A stretch of DNA of 64,000 bases, taken from NCBI GenBank assembly GCA_008369845.1, contig MRSU01010452.1, positions 1 to 64,000 on the forward strand. Reading direction: 5' to 3'. Source of the stretch: Trichomonas gallinae (taxonomy: Eukaryota). The translations under genes and the position numbers were made by a program. The notes beneath the pieces are model-generated. The model had not been told where the DNA came from, made no database searches, and saw only the letters and a list, made by a program, of their open reading frames with translations. Below, in pieces: positions 46,988-59,273 of the stretch; position 1 is the stretch's first letter; the number at the start of each line of letters is the position of its first letter.

Positions 46988-47653
46988 ATGGTAGGATACT
47001 CACAGGAATTGATCCAGCACAAAGTTGTGTTTGTAGGAAACTCAGCTGTCGGCAAAACATCAATCATTAACCAGTACATGTATGATTCCGTATCTAATGA
47101 TCACGAGCCAACGGTCGGTATCGACTTTTTCGCAAAAACATTGCATCTTGAAGGCAGAGATATCAGAATGCAAATCTGGGACACTGCCGGTCAAGAGAAA
47201 TTCCACTCATTAATCCCATCCTACATCCGCGACTCGACTGTCGCTGTTTTCGTTTTCGATATAACTCAGCGCCAGACATTCGACGATCTTGAGAAGTGGT
47301 TCAAGATGGTTATAGACATTGCCAATCCACAATTCGTTATCGTTGGAAACAAATGTGATCTCGAAGCAAATCGCGAAGTTACAAAGGAAGAAATTGCCAA
47401 ATACGCTGAAAGTAAATCTGCTAAATATATCGAAACAAGCGCAGTTACACCAACAAATATCAAAGAACTCTTCAATATTGTTGCTTTAATCCCAACTGAA
47501 GGTGAATCACAAAATGCGGCCCCAGCAGCTGCATCTGGAGATAAACCAGCCCAGCAGTCTGGAGAAACAGCTACAAAAACAACGGCTCAGGCACCAAGCA
47601 TTGACTTAACGAAGCCAAATGCTCCACAAAATGGTGGCGGCTGTTCTTGCTAA
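46988..47653 (+). CDS. Rab6-like small GTPase
   Basis: GNSAVGKTS, TVGIDF, WDTAGQEKFHSLIPSYIRDS, NKCD, CSC end. Confidence 0.93.
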   Translation: MVGYSQELIQHKVVFVGNSAVGKTSIINQYMYDSVSNDHEPTVGIDFFAKTLHLEGRDIRMQIWDTAGQEKFHSLIPSYIRDSTVAVFVFDITQRQTFDDLEKWFKMVIDIANPQFVIVGNKCDLEANREVTKEEIAKYAESKSAKYIETSAVTPTNIKELFNIVALIPTEGESQNAAPAAASGDKPAQQSGETATKTTAQAPSIDLTKPNAPQNGGGCSC

Positions 47654-47716
47654 ATATTCTATAGTGTCAATCTTTTAAAATATAACTGATAAAAGTTTAT
47701 TCGCCATTTTTTCATA

Positions 47717-48565
47717 ATGTTGTCAGGACTAAAGAGATATGAGAAAATCAAATATATCCAACAAGGGACTTTTGGCAGCATTTATCTGTGCAAAGACCTA
47801 CTAACGAACAAGACTGTTGTGTCTAAAGAGTCAGATATTGATGACATCAGTGACCAGGAAATTGAAACTCTTAAATCCTTAAAACATCCGAATATTATTG
47901 TCATGCTTGACACTTTCAAGGACTTTATGTCGCAATACATCATACTAGAGAACGGTGGGAAAGACTTATTAGCGATTTTAGATGAAAAACCAACAATGGA
48001 AATGAAACAGATAAAACACATAACGAGAGAAATACTCAAAGGCCTGGATTATATACATTCACACGGTTATATTCACAGAGATATCAAATCTTCGAACGTT
48101 TTAATTTCTGATTCAAACGAAGTTAAACTTATTGACTTTGGATACTGTCGCAAAATAGAAGGGAGGCCTCTTACGCCATCACGGTTTACAAATCAGTTTG
48201 CTCCACTCGATTGTTTGCTTGGATTAGAACATTATAATGAAAAAATGGATATTTGGGGTGTAGGATGCATACTTGGTCACATGCTTGCTGGTAAACTGCT
48301 TTTCGAAGGAGATGGACAAATTGCTGTAATAATGAGTATTATACAGGTTTTGGGCACTCCTAAAGCCGAAGACTGGCCTGAAATGAAAGAAATAGAATAT
48401 TTTAATGGGTTTAACCTCCCAGAACATCAGTCAACACTTAGAACAATTCTTCCGCCAAACGTTGACGAGAGTGCTGTAGATTTGATGCTGAAAATGCTTA
48501 CTGTTAGTCAATTCCATAGGATTTCCGCCCATGAAGCACTTGAACATCCGTTTTTAGCTGAATAA
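47717..48565 (+). CDS. CMGC/CDK-like protein kinase
   Basis: QGTFG, HRDIKSSN, DFG, DIWGVGCI, LGTP...WP, RISAHEALEHP. Confidence 0.9.
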   Translation: MLSGLKRYEKIKYIQQGTFGSIYLCKDLLTNKTVVSKESDIDDISDQEIETLKSLKHPNIIVMLDTFKDFMSQYIILENGGKDLLAILDEKPTMEMKQIKHITREILKGLDYIHSHGYIHRDIKSSNVLISDSNEVKLIDFGYCRKIEGRPLTPSRFTNQFAPLDCLLGLEHYNEKMDIWGVGCILGHMLAGKLLFEGDGQIAVIMSIIQVLGTPKAEDWPEMKEIEYFNGFNLPEHQSTLRTILPPNVDESAVDLMLKMLTVSQFHRISAHEALEHPFLAE

Positions 48566-49208
48566 ATTTATAAATTTATATGTATAGCAATATTAAGTCA
48601 TCTATGTGTCTTTTTGCCACAATTACACTAAAATTTATTGCTTATTTGACTGTTTTTATATTATCAATATGTTTGAAAGAAAAAAGATGTAAGACAAAGA
48701 TTACAATTTTTTTGGTGAAAAATTAGAAAATTCGTAAAAATCCAAAAAATTAAACCATAAATGTTCATAATAATTCACTAATATTCTTTAATTTTATCTC
48801 AAGCATATAAATAATAACTAATTTCCGATCTATGTAAAACTTGCCATTATTTGATTATATCTGACGTTCTTTTTTAGACGCTGTTGGGGAGTATTATAAA
48901 TACTTATCTGCCATTTTATGCCCATCTCATCCGAAAGTGAAAATGGCACATGTTTCGAAAATTCTCCAATGTTCAGGTCGAATGCCATGTTGTTTGACAA
49001 CAAATGTAGTTAAATAACACTTAGTGTTGTTATTTTACAGAGAATAGCAGGCATAAATTCATGTTTTGATTAAAATTTTGAATTATATTTTGATTATTCA
49101 GGGAAAAAACATTGTATAGACGACGAAATTACGAGCTATAGAAGGAAAAGAAGATATATATGTTAAAATTTCGGATTAATTCGTATTATAGACTTTTACG
49201 CAGATTGT

Positions 49209-50516
49209 TTATTTCTTGAGCTTAGCAATCTCAGCTTCTAACTCGGCAACACGGGCCTTAAGCTTTGTGTTCTCCTCCTTGAGGGACTCAAGTGTCTCTT
49301 CTGGAGCAGCTGTGACAGAGAAAGCAGCACCATCAGCTGGTGTGTAGCCGTTCTCGAGTGAGAACTTCTCGAACTTTGGCTGGCCACCGGCCTTCCAAGC
49401 ATCGAACTCGATAGCTGGGACTGGCTTCATTGTCTCTGGATAGATATCTTCCTGGAAGATTTCAGCATTCTTACGTGGGATGATTACCTGTGTTGTCTGG
49501 AGCTGCTTAGCCTGGTTGATAACGTAGAAGCGGTCGATTTCGCAAACGTTTGTGTCGACGCAGTACTTTGGAGCGCGGGCGAAGGCACGGATAGCCTCCT
49601 TGTTCTGGAAGGAGTTGCAGATGACGAGTGGGTTCTCGGCAGACTGGAGCTCATAGAAGCGGATGAGAGCATCACCACGGGAGAAGCAAGCAAGGACACC
49701 AAGGTCTTCATCGATGAATGGAGCAAGGATACCGTTGTTGGAGTCGACATCAATCTGGGCGAGGGCCTTCTCTGGGTTACGAACATCGCGGACGGCGATC
49801 TGGCGGCCAGAAGAGGAAGAGAAGCCTGTTGTGGCGATCATGTTGAGCTTGTCATAGAAGCAAGCACGGCCACCACGAAGGCCTGGGTGAGAAGCAACAG
49901 CGAATGTTTCAGCGTTGGCACGAACATCGAGAACGTGGAGCTTCTTATCCTTCATTGGGTAGCAGACGAGGTTACCGTTCTGGTTCCAGTTGATGTCAAG
50001 GAGAGCGTCCTTGCCTGGCTTGAATGTGAAAGCGCAGGCAGCCTTAGCAACATCCCAAACCTTGATGCTGTTCTCAGCACCGAATGAGACGATTGTGTTG
50101 TTAGCAGCTGGGTTCCAGGAAAGGCGTGTAACACGGCGGGAGTGGCCCTTCATGACAGCGAGAGAGTTGTTCTGCTCCTGGACATCTGTGCCGTTGAACT
50201 CGATCTGCCAGACGCGGATTGTGGCATCCTCAGCGGCGGAGGCGATGATGTTGTCGTTGAATGGGTTGAAGTCAACGTCAAGAACTCCACCTGTGTGGCC
50301 ACGGAATACGGAGTTTGTTGTTCCGACCTTGCCGTAGCCGTTAGCTGGAAGGACAGCGAAGAGACCACCACCAGATGTCTCAACTGGATATGCAACATAA
50401 CGATAGTTAGCTGCAAGGAGGTTTGTATCAACGGATGTTGTTGAGATGTTGACTTCCTGGTAGGACTTGTCTACTTTAGCGACCTCAGCATAGACGTGAC
50501 GATATGGGGATGCCAT
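49209..50516 (-). CDS. Coronin
   Basis: YRHVY, GHTGGVLDVDFNPFND, WD40 repeats, IPRKN..FQEDIYP, C-terminal coiled coil; strong codon bias. Confidence 0.96.
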   Translation of the reverse strand: MASPYRHVYAEVAKVDKSYQEVNISTTSVDTNLLAANYRYVAYPVETSGGGLFAVLPANGYGKVGTTNSVFRGHTGGVLDVDFNPFNDNIIASAAEDATIRVWQIEFNGTDVQEQNNSLAVMKGHSRRVTRLSWNPAANNTIVSFGAENSIKVWDVAKAACAFTFKPGKDALLDINWNQNGNLVCYPMKDKKLHVLDVRANAETFAVASHPGLRGGRACFYDKLNMIATTGFSSSSGRQIAVRDVRNPEKALAQIDVDSNNGILAPFIDEDLGVLACFSRGDALIRFYELQSAENPLVICNSFQNKEAIRAFARAPKYCVDTNVCEIDRFYVINQAKQLQTTQVIIPRKNAEIFQEDIYPETMKPVPAIEFDAWKAGGQPKFEKFSLENGYTPADGAAFSVTAAPEETLESLKEENTKLKARVAELEAEIAKLKK

Positions 50517-51613
50517 GTGTCAAAAATAATGTTAATCATGGGAAATTCAATTTTCTGAGTAGATAAAAAGTGACGGGACATTCGAACCTGGTTACACATA
50601 CTGCATATATAAATATAATTTGGCAATTAAAATTTTTAACTGAATTTCGGCGGTTTTTATTACTCCATTTCGTTTGCCTGGATCAAAAATTTGTAAATAA
50701 CGGCAAATAAGACATTTTGAGTTTTCAGCCTTTTTGTTGAGTTTTCACAAAATGTTGATTTCCTCCAATATATAATGATTTAACAGAAATGTTAGAATTT
50801 TCCAAACCGTTTTCCAATTCAAAAGTTGAATGTCACGTGTTATCACTCTCAATTTTAAAATCATTTCACTTCATATTTAATTGTTTACACTTCGGTTTTT
50901 AAATTTCGTATGCAATAACTGAATTTCAATAGAACAAAGTTTTTGTTGACTGTAAAAAAAAAAGTTTTCGTTGGCTGCAGAACAAAAATCGAGGATAAAT
51001 GACTAAAGGAACTGAAATTGATTAAAATGAATATGATACATTGCTACGTTGGGCCAATATAACTGTTCCATTGGTATTATTTTAGACAGATTCCATGATG
51101 GTCGGATTGGCATTATATTTATTCCCAAAGTTCACCATATTGAGACAATAGAAACATTTTGTTCCAGGCCAACGAACGGAGCCATTTCATAGCTATGACG
51201 TTCAGAAGACTTTGGCTTATTACAAATTTAGAAATTAGCTCTAAATCATACTTGCCCCTAGCTAATTTCGTAGCATTCTTTCATGTCATTGTATAAATGG
51301 ATGTTTAAGGCTGATTCAAAGAACTTTTATTCGACCTAATGTATACATCTCGAAATTCGTGTTCGATTATGATATCCATAAGTCTAATGACATTATGCAT
51401 CGATTGTTAGCTCGCTGACTGTTATTTTTTGATATTTGATTCAACAGAAATTTCGAATATCCAAGATTTCCTGCCAGAACAAAGAAATTTCGATACATCA
51501 ATTTCCAAGCTGTACATCTTATGAATGCTTTTTGTTTGTAAAAATTCACGAAACAAAAAAAAAAAAAATTAAGCAGGGGGTGACTTTTTAATTTGGTGTT
51601 TTTTTTTATTTTT

Positions 51614-51991
51614 ATGACACATCTCACCGTCATCGTTCTTGAGGCTAAGGGTGTTCCAAAGGTCGATCCAGTCGGCTGGGCTGATCCATTCGTCCAATTG
51701 AGACTCACAAACGGAAAGGTTGAGGAGACAAAGGTCAAGAAGAACGAAAAGAATCCAATTTGGGATACACGTTTCGTTTTTCCAGTTTTAAACAAGAGTG
51801 ATAGCCTCCACATCCGCTTAATGGATCATGACTCACTCTCTGCTGATGATCCAATCGGAACACTTCAGATCCCACTTTCTAAATTTGAACAAAACAAGGC
51901 AGTCCTCGATTGGTTCCCACTTGCAATCTGCCCAAAGCTTAAGCCAGAGGCTGAACCACTGGCGGTTAGACTCGTCGTTGAATTGAAGTAA
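51614..51991 (+). CDS. C2 domain protein
   Basis: VLEAKGVPKVD..G.ADPFV, KNPIW, MDHDSLSADDPIG. Confidence 0.9.
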   Translation: MTHLTVIVLEAKGVPKVDPVGWADPFVQLRLTNGKVEETKVKKNEKNPIWDTRFVFPVLNKSDSLHIRLMDHDSLSADDPIGTLQIPLSKFEQNKAVLDWFPLAICPKLKPEAEPLAVRLVVELK

Positions 51992-52228
51992 AAATATCTA
52001 AGCACTACAACAAAAATAATACTAATGCATATATATTGTTTATTCATGAGTACAGCAACATTAATAGCTATCGATATAAATGATTAATTTGAATTTTATA
52101 ATGATTTTGCATAAAGAAAAATGATAATTATACCATTCTATATACCGGTATGTAGATAATTAATTCTTCATGCGATTTTGTTTCAATTCACAATAAATTA
52201 TTAATCTTATTGAAACTATAATTACATT

Positions 52229-52552
52229 TCATATTCCCTTTAAACGTTGTTTAGATCGATCTAATCTCATTTGTAGACAGATTTTTGCGCGATTTAGCTT
52301 TTGTTTATTTTCTTTTTCACGTAACCATTCAGAATAAGGCTTACCAATGTTTTTAGGGATAGGTTCTGGTGCCTTTTCTTTAGGTATTGTATTCCTTTTA
52401 ACATATCGATCAACGTTTTTCATAGCAGATAATTCAGTTTTCAAAACATCTGTTGCATGGCTTTCTCTATATCCTTCCCTCATCTTCTTTTCCATCGCAT
52501 GAGCTTCTTCACTCGTATAATGTTTATCACTACAATACAAAAAAGTTGTCAT
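52229..52552 (-). CDS. Small hypothetical protein
   Basis: 107-aa ORF starting at ATG, charged composition. Confidence 0.55.
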   Translation of the reverse strand: MTTFLYCSDKHYTSEEAHAMEKKMREGYRESHATDVLKTELSAMKNVDRYVKRNTIPKEKAPEPIPKNIGKPYSEWLREKENKQKLNRAKICLQMRLDRSKQRLKGI

Positions 52553-52780
52553 TACAATTTTATGACAAATAATTAATTTTACATGTCAAAATCATTTACC
52601 ACCCCCTGCCTAAAAAACGGTTGGAAAGAATGAGGGAAAAATGTGATGAAACAGCATTTGGAGTAATTTTTGAGTGCCCAAACTATGGTTTTAGCATCAG
52701 TATGTTATACCACATATGCTGATTAAATATGAGACCATCTTATTATTAGCATATTTTTTACAAATTTGTCAAATAATAAA

Positions 52781-52966
52781 ATTACACGACAAAATTTCTA
52801 TTTATATGTCAAATAATATCATTACATGCCAAAATTCTATTAATTCGCCAAATAATAAAATTACATGACAAAATTTTTAGATATTTGACAAACAATAATT
52901 TTACACGTCAAAAATTTATTTGTCAAAATTAGTTTACACGACAAATTTAATATTTACATGTCAAAA
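52781..52966 (+). promoter_or_regulatory. Array of ~7 TTACAYGWCAAA motifs upstream of the LRR gene
   Basis: Copies near 52781, 52801, 52821, 52861, 52900, 52932 and 52953. Confidence 0.6.
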
Positions 52967-52997
52967 TGAAAATTATACGTTTATAACATCAAAAGAT

Positions 52998-54782
52998 ATG
53001 ATTCGCAATAGGACCCGTCCTCCATTCGAATATCAACGACAGGGGCCTATTGCGCGTCCTGCTGGTCATAGGCCAGATCTTGGTATAGCAATTAATGCTC
53101 GAACAAGACAGAATTACAACAATTACAATCAAAATACCGTAAAAAATTCCAAAACACCACGAAAAATATCAGTGAGACGTAAAACAGCGAATATTGTTGA
53201 CTCTATTTATCTTTTGGAGTTATTAAATGCATCAGATCTTTCAAATATTCAATTTATCGAAGCATCAGGCAAAAAATTAACAGAAATTGATGTAGAAGCT
53301 TTTAAAGAACTTATGTCACTCGAAAAAGCTGATTTTAGCGATAATAAACTACCTATGGAACCATTTTCAGTAATTAAATCATTAAAAGAACTCGATTTGA
53401 GCTGCAACTCTATTAAATCATTCGATTTTAGGTCATCAGAAGAACTTTGCGATGATAATAGAGCATGGGATTCGTTGATAACTTTGAATTTATCATTCAA
53501 TTATTCATCATCTTTCATCAATGAGCTTCAGCTCATGCCTCATTTAACTAACCTCAATCTTTCTAATAATTCAATATCAGAATTACCAACAAATCTCATG
53601 CATTTTACATGTTTAACAAAATTAAATTTAACAGGTAACTCAATTAATACAGATCAGAGCTTTTACGCGCTTTCAACTATAAGCTCATTGCAGACATTGA
53701 TATTAGATGACAACCAAATCACCACAATTCCAAAATTTTCTTTCGGATTTGAAAGCTTGCAAGAATTATCATTACGACGCAATCACATAGAGTTCGTTGA
53801 TGATATGACATCATTAATTGAAGTTAGCTCGCTAGAAAGAGTTAATATCACGAATAATCCAATCGTTCTTCGCTCAAAACAGATGAAAGCCGTCGATGAC
53901 GTGTTCGAAAAGACAAAAATCATAATAATTACTGAAGAAAAACCGAATAGAGTTCAAAAACGCGCACTTCCTGTTAATGTCCGCACAGTCAACTTTGATC
54001 CACTGACTCTCCCATCATTTACCAAAGGCCATCTTCGCGCACTGAACAAGAACTCAAAGAAGCTCAAAGAAAGAGCGCAGAAAGAAAAGGAAGAAGCAAA
54101 AGAAGAGGAAGAAGCGGACGAACTCGAAGAGAAATTCCTGCCGAAAACAGTGCAACAACAAACGAAGACAGAAGAAAAGTCATCATTCTTCCTCACTGCG
54201 ACAGATGCGAAAGGCAACGAAGAAGAAAAGTCCCCGGAAAAGCAAGAAATCGTCGAAGAAGAAGAGGAAGAAATCGTTGAAGATGAAGAACCACAGATTA
54301 CATCAATTTGGAGGGAAGTTCCTGTAGTTGATGCATCAGAGAGATTGCCACTTAATAACCGTCGCAGGCAGGACTTCATGCAGGCTTTCAGGAAGCTCGA
54401 GTTCATCTTGTCTCATCCGGACGTGAGAATCAAGCCGAGGGAAAGCACATCGAGGCAGCAGCAGAAGGAGAAGCCAAAGGAGCCAGAAAGCGAGCAGCCC
54501 GACCTTCTCCAGTCAGTGCCGAGGCCATCGAAGACGAGGAGGAGGCAGAAGGACGCCACAATGTCGAAACTTGCAGCGAGAACAGAGTACACGAAGACGG
54601 AAGTCCAGCAGATGCTCAAGAGTATGGCGGAGAGACTTGGCACTGTCGAGAAGGACTTGAACGCTGCAGATGAGACAGGAATGCGCGCAGTTGACATTGC
54701 TCTCGAGCAGAAGAATTTCTCAACCCTTCAGAAGCAATACGAGACAATTCGTGCTGAGCTTATTAATGCATTGAATTCATAA
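52998..54782 (+). CDS. Leucine-rich repeat protein (XRRA1-like)
   Basis: Several LxxLxLSxNxI repeats, SFFLT motif, coiled-coil tail; first ATG at 52998. Confidence 0.8.
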   Translation: MIRNRTRPPFEYQRQGPIARPAGHRPDLGIAINARTRQNYNNYNQNTVKNSKTPRKISVRRKTANIVDSIYLLELLNASDLSNIQFIEASGKKLTEIDVEAFKELMSLEKADFSDNKLPMEPFSVIKSLKELDLSCNSIKSFDFRSSEELCDDNRAWDSLITLNLSFNYSSSFINELQLMPHLTNLNLSNNSISELPTNLMHFTCLTKLNLTGNSINTDQSFYALSTISSLQTLILDDNQITTIPKFSFGFESLQELSLRRNHIEFVDDMTSLIEVSSLERVNITNNPIVLRSKQMKAVDDVFEKTKIIIITEEKPNRVQKRALPVNVRTVNFDPLTLPSFTKGHLRALNKNSKKLKERAQKEKEEAKEEEEADELEEKFLPKTVQQQTKTEEKSSFFLTATDAKGNEEEKSPEKQEIVEEEEEEIVEDEEPQITSIWREVPVVDASERLPLNNRRRQDFMQAFRKLEFILSHPDVRIKPRESTSRQQQKEKPKEPESEQPDLLQSVPRPSKTRRRQKDATMSKLAARTEYTKTEVQQMLKSMAERLGTVEKDLNAADETGMRAVDIALEQKNFSTLQKQYETIRAELINALNS

Positions 54783-55435
54783 CTTTTTGTTTGTGTTTTT
54801 TAAAAATATATTTTGTTTAAAATTATTTTAGTGTGAAAATTGGTAGGCAACATTATAATTATGATAATGAATCTAAATTTTAAGGCGATTTCAGATATTT
54901 TTTAAAATCTAATATGAGGTCAACACAAAGACAAATCATAACAAAACACCTTTGATTTGGACATCATAAAAAATCTATCATTAAATCATTATCTCCTCCT
55001 AACATATCCTGGTATAAATATGAATGCAAAAGATTAAAACAGCTTTGATTCTAGTTTCATATAAAGGATATCATGAAATAATTGAACTTCTCCTAAACAG
55101 TTCCTGGAATAGATGTCAAGTTAAAAGATTAAAACAACAGAACGGCTTTGATATTGGCTTCAAAATTTGGCCATTAAGAAAATAAAGTATCTTGCAAGTT
55201 TATGCGGCACTATATATTTCTTTCGTTGCTGTTGTTATGTAATTATAATATGTTCTATCATATGTCAAAATTATTTGTCATTTACATGTCAATTTAAAAC
55301 AATTTACATGACAAATTAATATTTTCCTGACCATGATGAATTTTTAAGTGAAAACTACCCAGAATAATAAATAACACCTAATTTTCGTGTTAAATCAAGA
55401 ACTATAAAACATACGACTTTTTAAAATTGTCAAAA

Positions 55436-58400
55436 ATGGATGATTCATCAAAAAAGTATGTTGAAGACTTAATGAACAGCCAATCAAATCGTGTTTTGAT
55501 GATATCATCATGCAATGTGACAAGTAAGGGCAAAAAATATAATGCTTTTGCTTGCATTACTGAATTTAATTTATCAATTTTCACAATTCAACACGAAACA
55601 AACAAAATTGGAATAGACAAAGAGATGAATTGGATGGAAATGACATCATTAAAACAAATAGAATCACAAAGCATCGAAATTTATTTTGCAAATGAAAAAT
55701 ATATAATAGAATCCATTGATATTAATGACATTTACCAAACTATCTTATCGCATCTGTACGATATATTCAGTAAAAATGAACTTGAAAAGAAGAATGTTGA
55801 TATATCATATTATAATAGCCTAACATGTAATTTTAGGGCAAGAATAGGATCAACAATCCAACTATACGAGAAATCCATCAACAACAATAAATTTACACAA
55901 ATAACGAAAGATTTAGATATCATATCTACAGATTTTATCAATACAAAACTAGTTTCAGAAATACCAGAGTATTTTCCATATGCTTTACAATCATTAAATG
56001 GTTTCACATTAGTTAAAAGGCTTATAATAGAAAATCTCCCAAAATCATTGGAAAATTTCATTATGGAATTCTTCAAAACAAATGAAACAATACAAGAACT
56101 ATATTTAATTTCATGCTGTGAAGACACTTTACCTCAAATATTCGAACAAATCGGAAAATCGAAAAAATCCAAAATAAAAAAAAATATCAGTGAATTCATT
56201 GAAGTTTTCTCTTCAGTCAAACAAGAGATTAAGATATCTACTAGATAAGAAGCAAATAGACCAAATAGAAGTAATCAATTCCCTAAAAGTCACGCCAATT
56301 CACGTTTTCATTACGAATATATCAAAATCGAAGAATTTCCGTAATGTCAAGAAATTTGTTTTCGATCAAAACACTTTTGAAATGTCAAAGCACATACCAC
56401 TAATAGCGGCAATGAACTCTGTCTCTATTGCAAATACTAAGATAAACGGTGCTGATGTATTATCGCAATTATCAAATAATGAAAAATCGATTTTAGTTGA
56501 AGCGAATTTGTCAGGAAACTTATTTTCTTGTGATAAATATTTCGAAATCCCTAAGAACATTAATAGCTTGATACTCAACAACTGCGACTTCGCAAAAGGC
56601 TTGGCATCACTGTTTCAGAAGTTTTTCGAATTGAAATCAAGAAAATTGTTTTTATCAATAAATGCACCAAAAAATCGAGAAAAAATTGCAGATGTTTTTG
56701 AAGTTTTAGAAAACCTCAATCCAAAGCATTTATCAAGTTTTAGCTGGGATGACAACATTTATGATGAGAGACTGATTAATTTTCTATTGAAAGCAAAATC
56801 GTTGCATGAATTTTCATTCTCAAGAGTCGTTAAAAATGACAGCGAATTTTCATCATTGATAAAATTGCTTGAAAGTTTAAAGAAATTTACGAAAATTACA
56901 TTAGCAGGTGATGCCAATAAAATTGCTGGATCAACGGAGAAAATATTATCTGTTTTGATGCACAAGAAACACATCAGATATTTGGATCTTTCGAACAGAA
57001 TTTTTGATGAAAAATGTTTCGAAATTTTAGCAAAAATGTTGAACAAGAGAACAAAAATCGTTTATGTGAACTTCGATGGTTGTGAAATTACAGATATAAA
57101 CGTAATTGATAGATTTATAGGCAAAATACAAAACAGAAAACCAATAACAATAAATGTTCCAGCTGAAACTTTCAAAATAATGATAGAAAAAGGAACAGAT
57201 AAACAAAAAATCGAGGAATTAACAAGAAAAATAGTAAATCTCCGAAACAATGAAGATGAATCCATAAATAACGAGAAAATTGATGAAAATGAAGAAGAAT
57301 CAGAAGCAGAAAAATTCATTGTCAATTCACCAAAAAATTTGAATTTTTCGTCATCTTCTGACGAAGAAGTCCAAACAAAACAAACAATTAAATTTTCATC
57401 ATCTTCTGATTATTCATCGGATGATGATAATTCTATTAACAAGAAACAAAACAAGTATCAAAAGCCTCCACCATTATCAGATGATGACGAGTCTGATTCA
57501 ATTCCAGGAAATATTCAAAGAAAATTCGATGTTTCTTCTGATTCAGATGATGATGATGAAGCAGTAATGAAGAGTATGAAGAGAAAACAAAACCTACATG
57601 CGAGTTCTTCACAAGAATCAGATAGAATTTCATATTCAGATGATGGCGCATTGAAGTCTACACATAAGAAAGTGATAAAATCTGATGACGAAGGCTCTAG
57701 TGCTTTGCCTGCACCCAGAATTCTCGGCCAAGTTCATCCGATGACAATGTTCAACAATCCAACAAAATTAAACTTAAATTCAGTTCAGATTCATCATCAG
57801 AATCATCACAAATAATTAGTAGTCGAAAATCAAATCAAAACAATGGAAAGAAGAATAAGGAAGATCAAGAAAAGAAACTCAAAGAAGAACAAGAAAAGAA
57901 TAATAAGGAAAAGCAAGCAAAAAAGATCAAGAAAGAAGAGAAAAGGATGAAAGAAGAACAAGAAAAGAAGTTGAAAGAAGAACAAGAAAGGAAGCTTAAA
58001 GAAGAACAAGAGAAGAAACTTAAAGAAGAACAAGAAAAGAAACTTAAAGAAGAACAAGAAAGGGAATTCAAGGAAGAACAAGAGAAGAAACTTAAAAAAG
58101 AACAAGGGAAGAAAGAATGGAATAAGGTAAAGAATAATGCGAAAAAAATATTGCAAGAAAAAACCCAAATTAAAGAAACAGATGAAAATCGAAGAAACAA
58201 GAGTTCCAAAAAACAAATACAATCTTCTGAATCAGAAGAAGAGCAGTCTTATGAATATCACAAAAATATAGACTCAGACAGTTCTTCAAGAAAAATTCTC
58301 GATACATCAAGCAGCTCAAGCGAAAAGAAACAAGACAAAAAGAAACAAAACAAATCTTATTTCGTTGAATCGGAATATTCTCACTTTTCAGAAGAAAAGA

Positions 58401-58918
58401 CTCAGTTTTCCAGATCAACAATCAATTCACCATTTAGAATCAGACCATCGAGAAGACCACACATTGAACCAGAAACATTCACGCCAATAGAGATAAGAGA
58501 GATGACTCCAGCCAGGAAAACCAGGCCAATGCCAGAGCAGATATACGAGGACTTCAACCCATACGCAAAAAAGTTTGTACAAAATGACTCTGAAGATGAA
58601 AATTACTCGGAAGAAGAAAAGCCGCAAAAAATTCCGCGAAAAGTCAATTACAGGAATCCAAAATATACAATCCTAAAAGTCAAAGAGCCAGAGCATGATG
58701 AGCCTGATCTTGAAAAAGATCCAAAGGTTAATTTCAGCTCTGATGATGGAAAAATCGAAATCGAAAATAATTTCGAAAGTGAGTTTAGCGCGAAAAAACT
58801 TGATTGGACATTCGATATTCCTATTATTTTACAGCCATCTACTAAGAGAAAAATAGAAGAACTCACCAAGCAGTTTTCATTGAGGCCACTTGCTGCTTCT
58901 GTATCGAAATCAAAATGA
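55436..58918 (+). pseudogene. CARMIL/LRRC16-like PH+LRR gene split by two frameshifts
   Basis: Three overlapping frames join at the A9 run (56176-56184) and at ~57701-57722; LDLSN and VNFDG LRR motifs. Confidence 0.65.
57950..58108 (+). repeat. 24-bp coding tandem repeat (KEEQEKKL), ~6.5 copies
   Basis: AAAGAAGAACAAGARAAGAARCTT units. Confidence 0.9.
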
Positions 58919-59273
58919 ATTTAATTTTGTGTTGTTTAAAAAATATGTGATTTTGTTATTAATGAATCTTATATGTCCACTATATTACTGTTATTAGTTA
59001 TATTAAGTTTAATAATTCAATTGATAATTTGAGAGTTTGAAAATCTGTCATTTTGTTATATATTTTGTAGATTTTGGAAATAATCAGACAAATATGCAAC
59101 AACCAATAATCAAAATTGTTCAAAATCAAATTGAAAATATTTTGGAAATATTGTTTTAAAACAAATGTGCTTGAGCTATGCTATTAGCTAAAATAACAAT
59201 ATTGTTGTCAACATAATCAAACAAAACATGATTTATACATACAAAAACAAGATAAAAATAAGTTTCGATTCAT

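Noticed and set aside
50572..50605. GGTTCGAAT (minus strand) resembling a tRNA T-loop or B-box
   Set aside because: The T-stem does not pair and no cloverleaf can be drawn.
51000..51500. Coding-like composition upstream of the C2 gene
   Set aside because: No sustained frame or recognisable homology.
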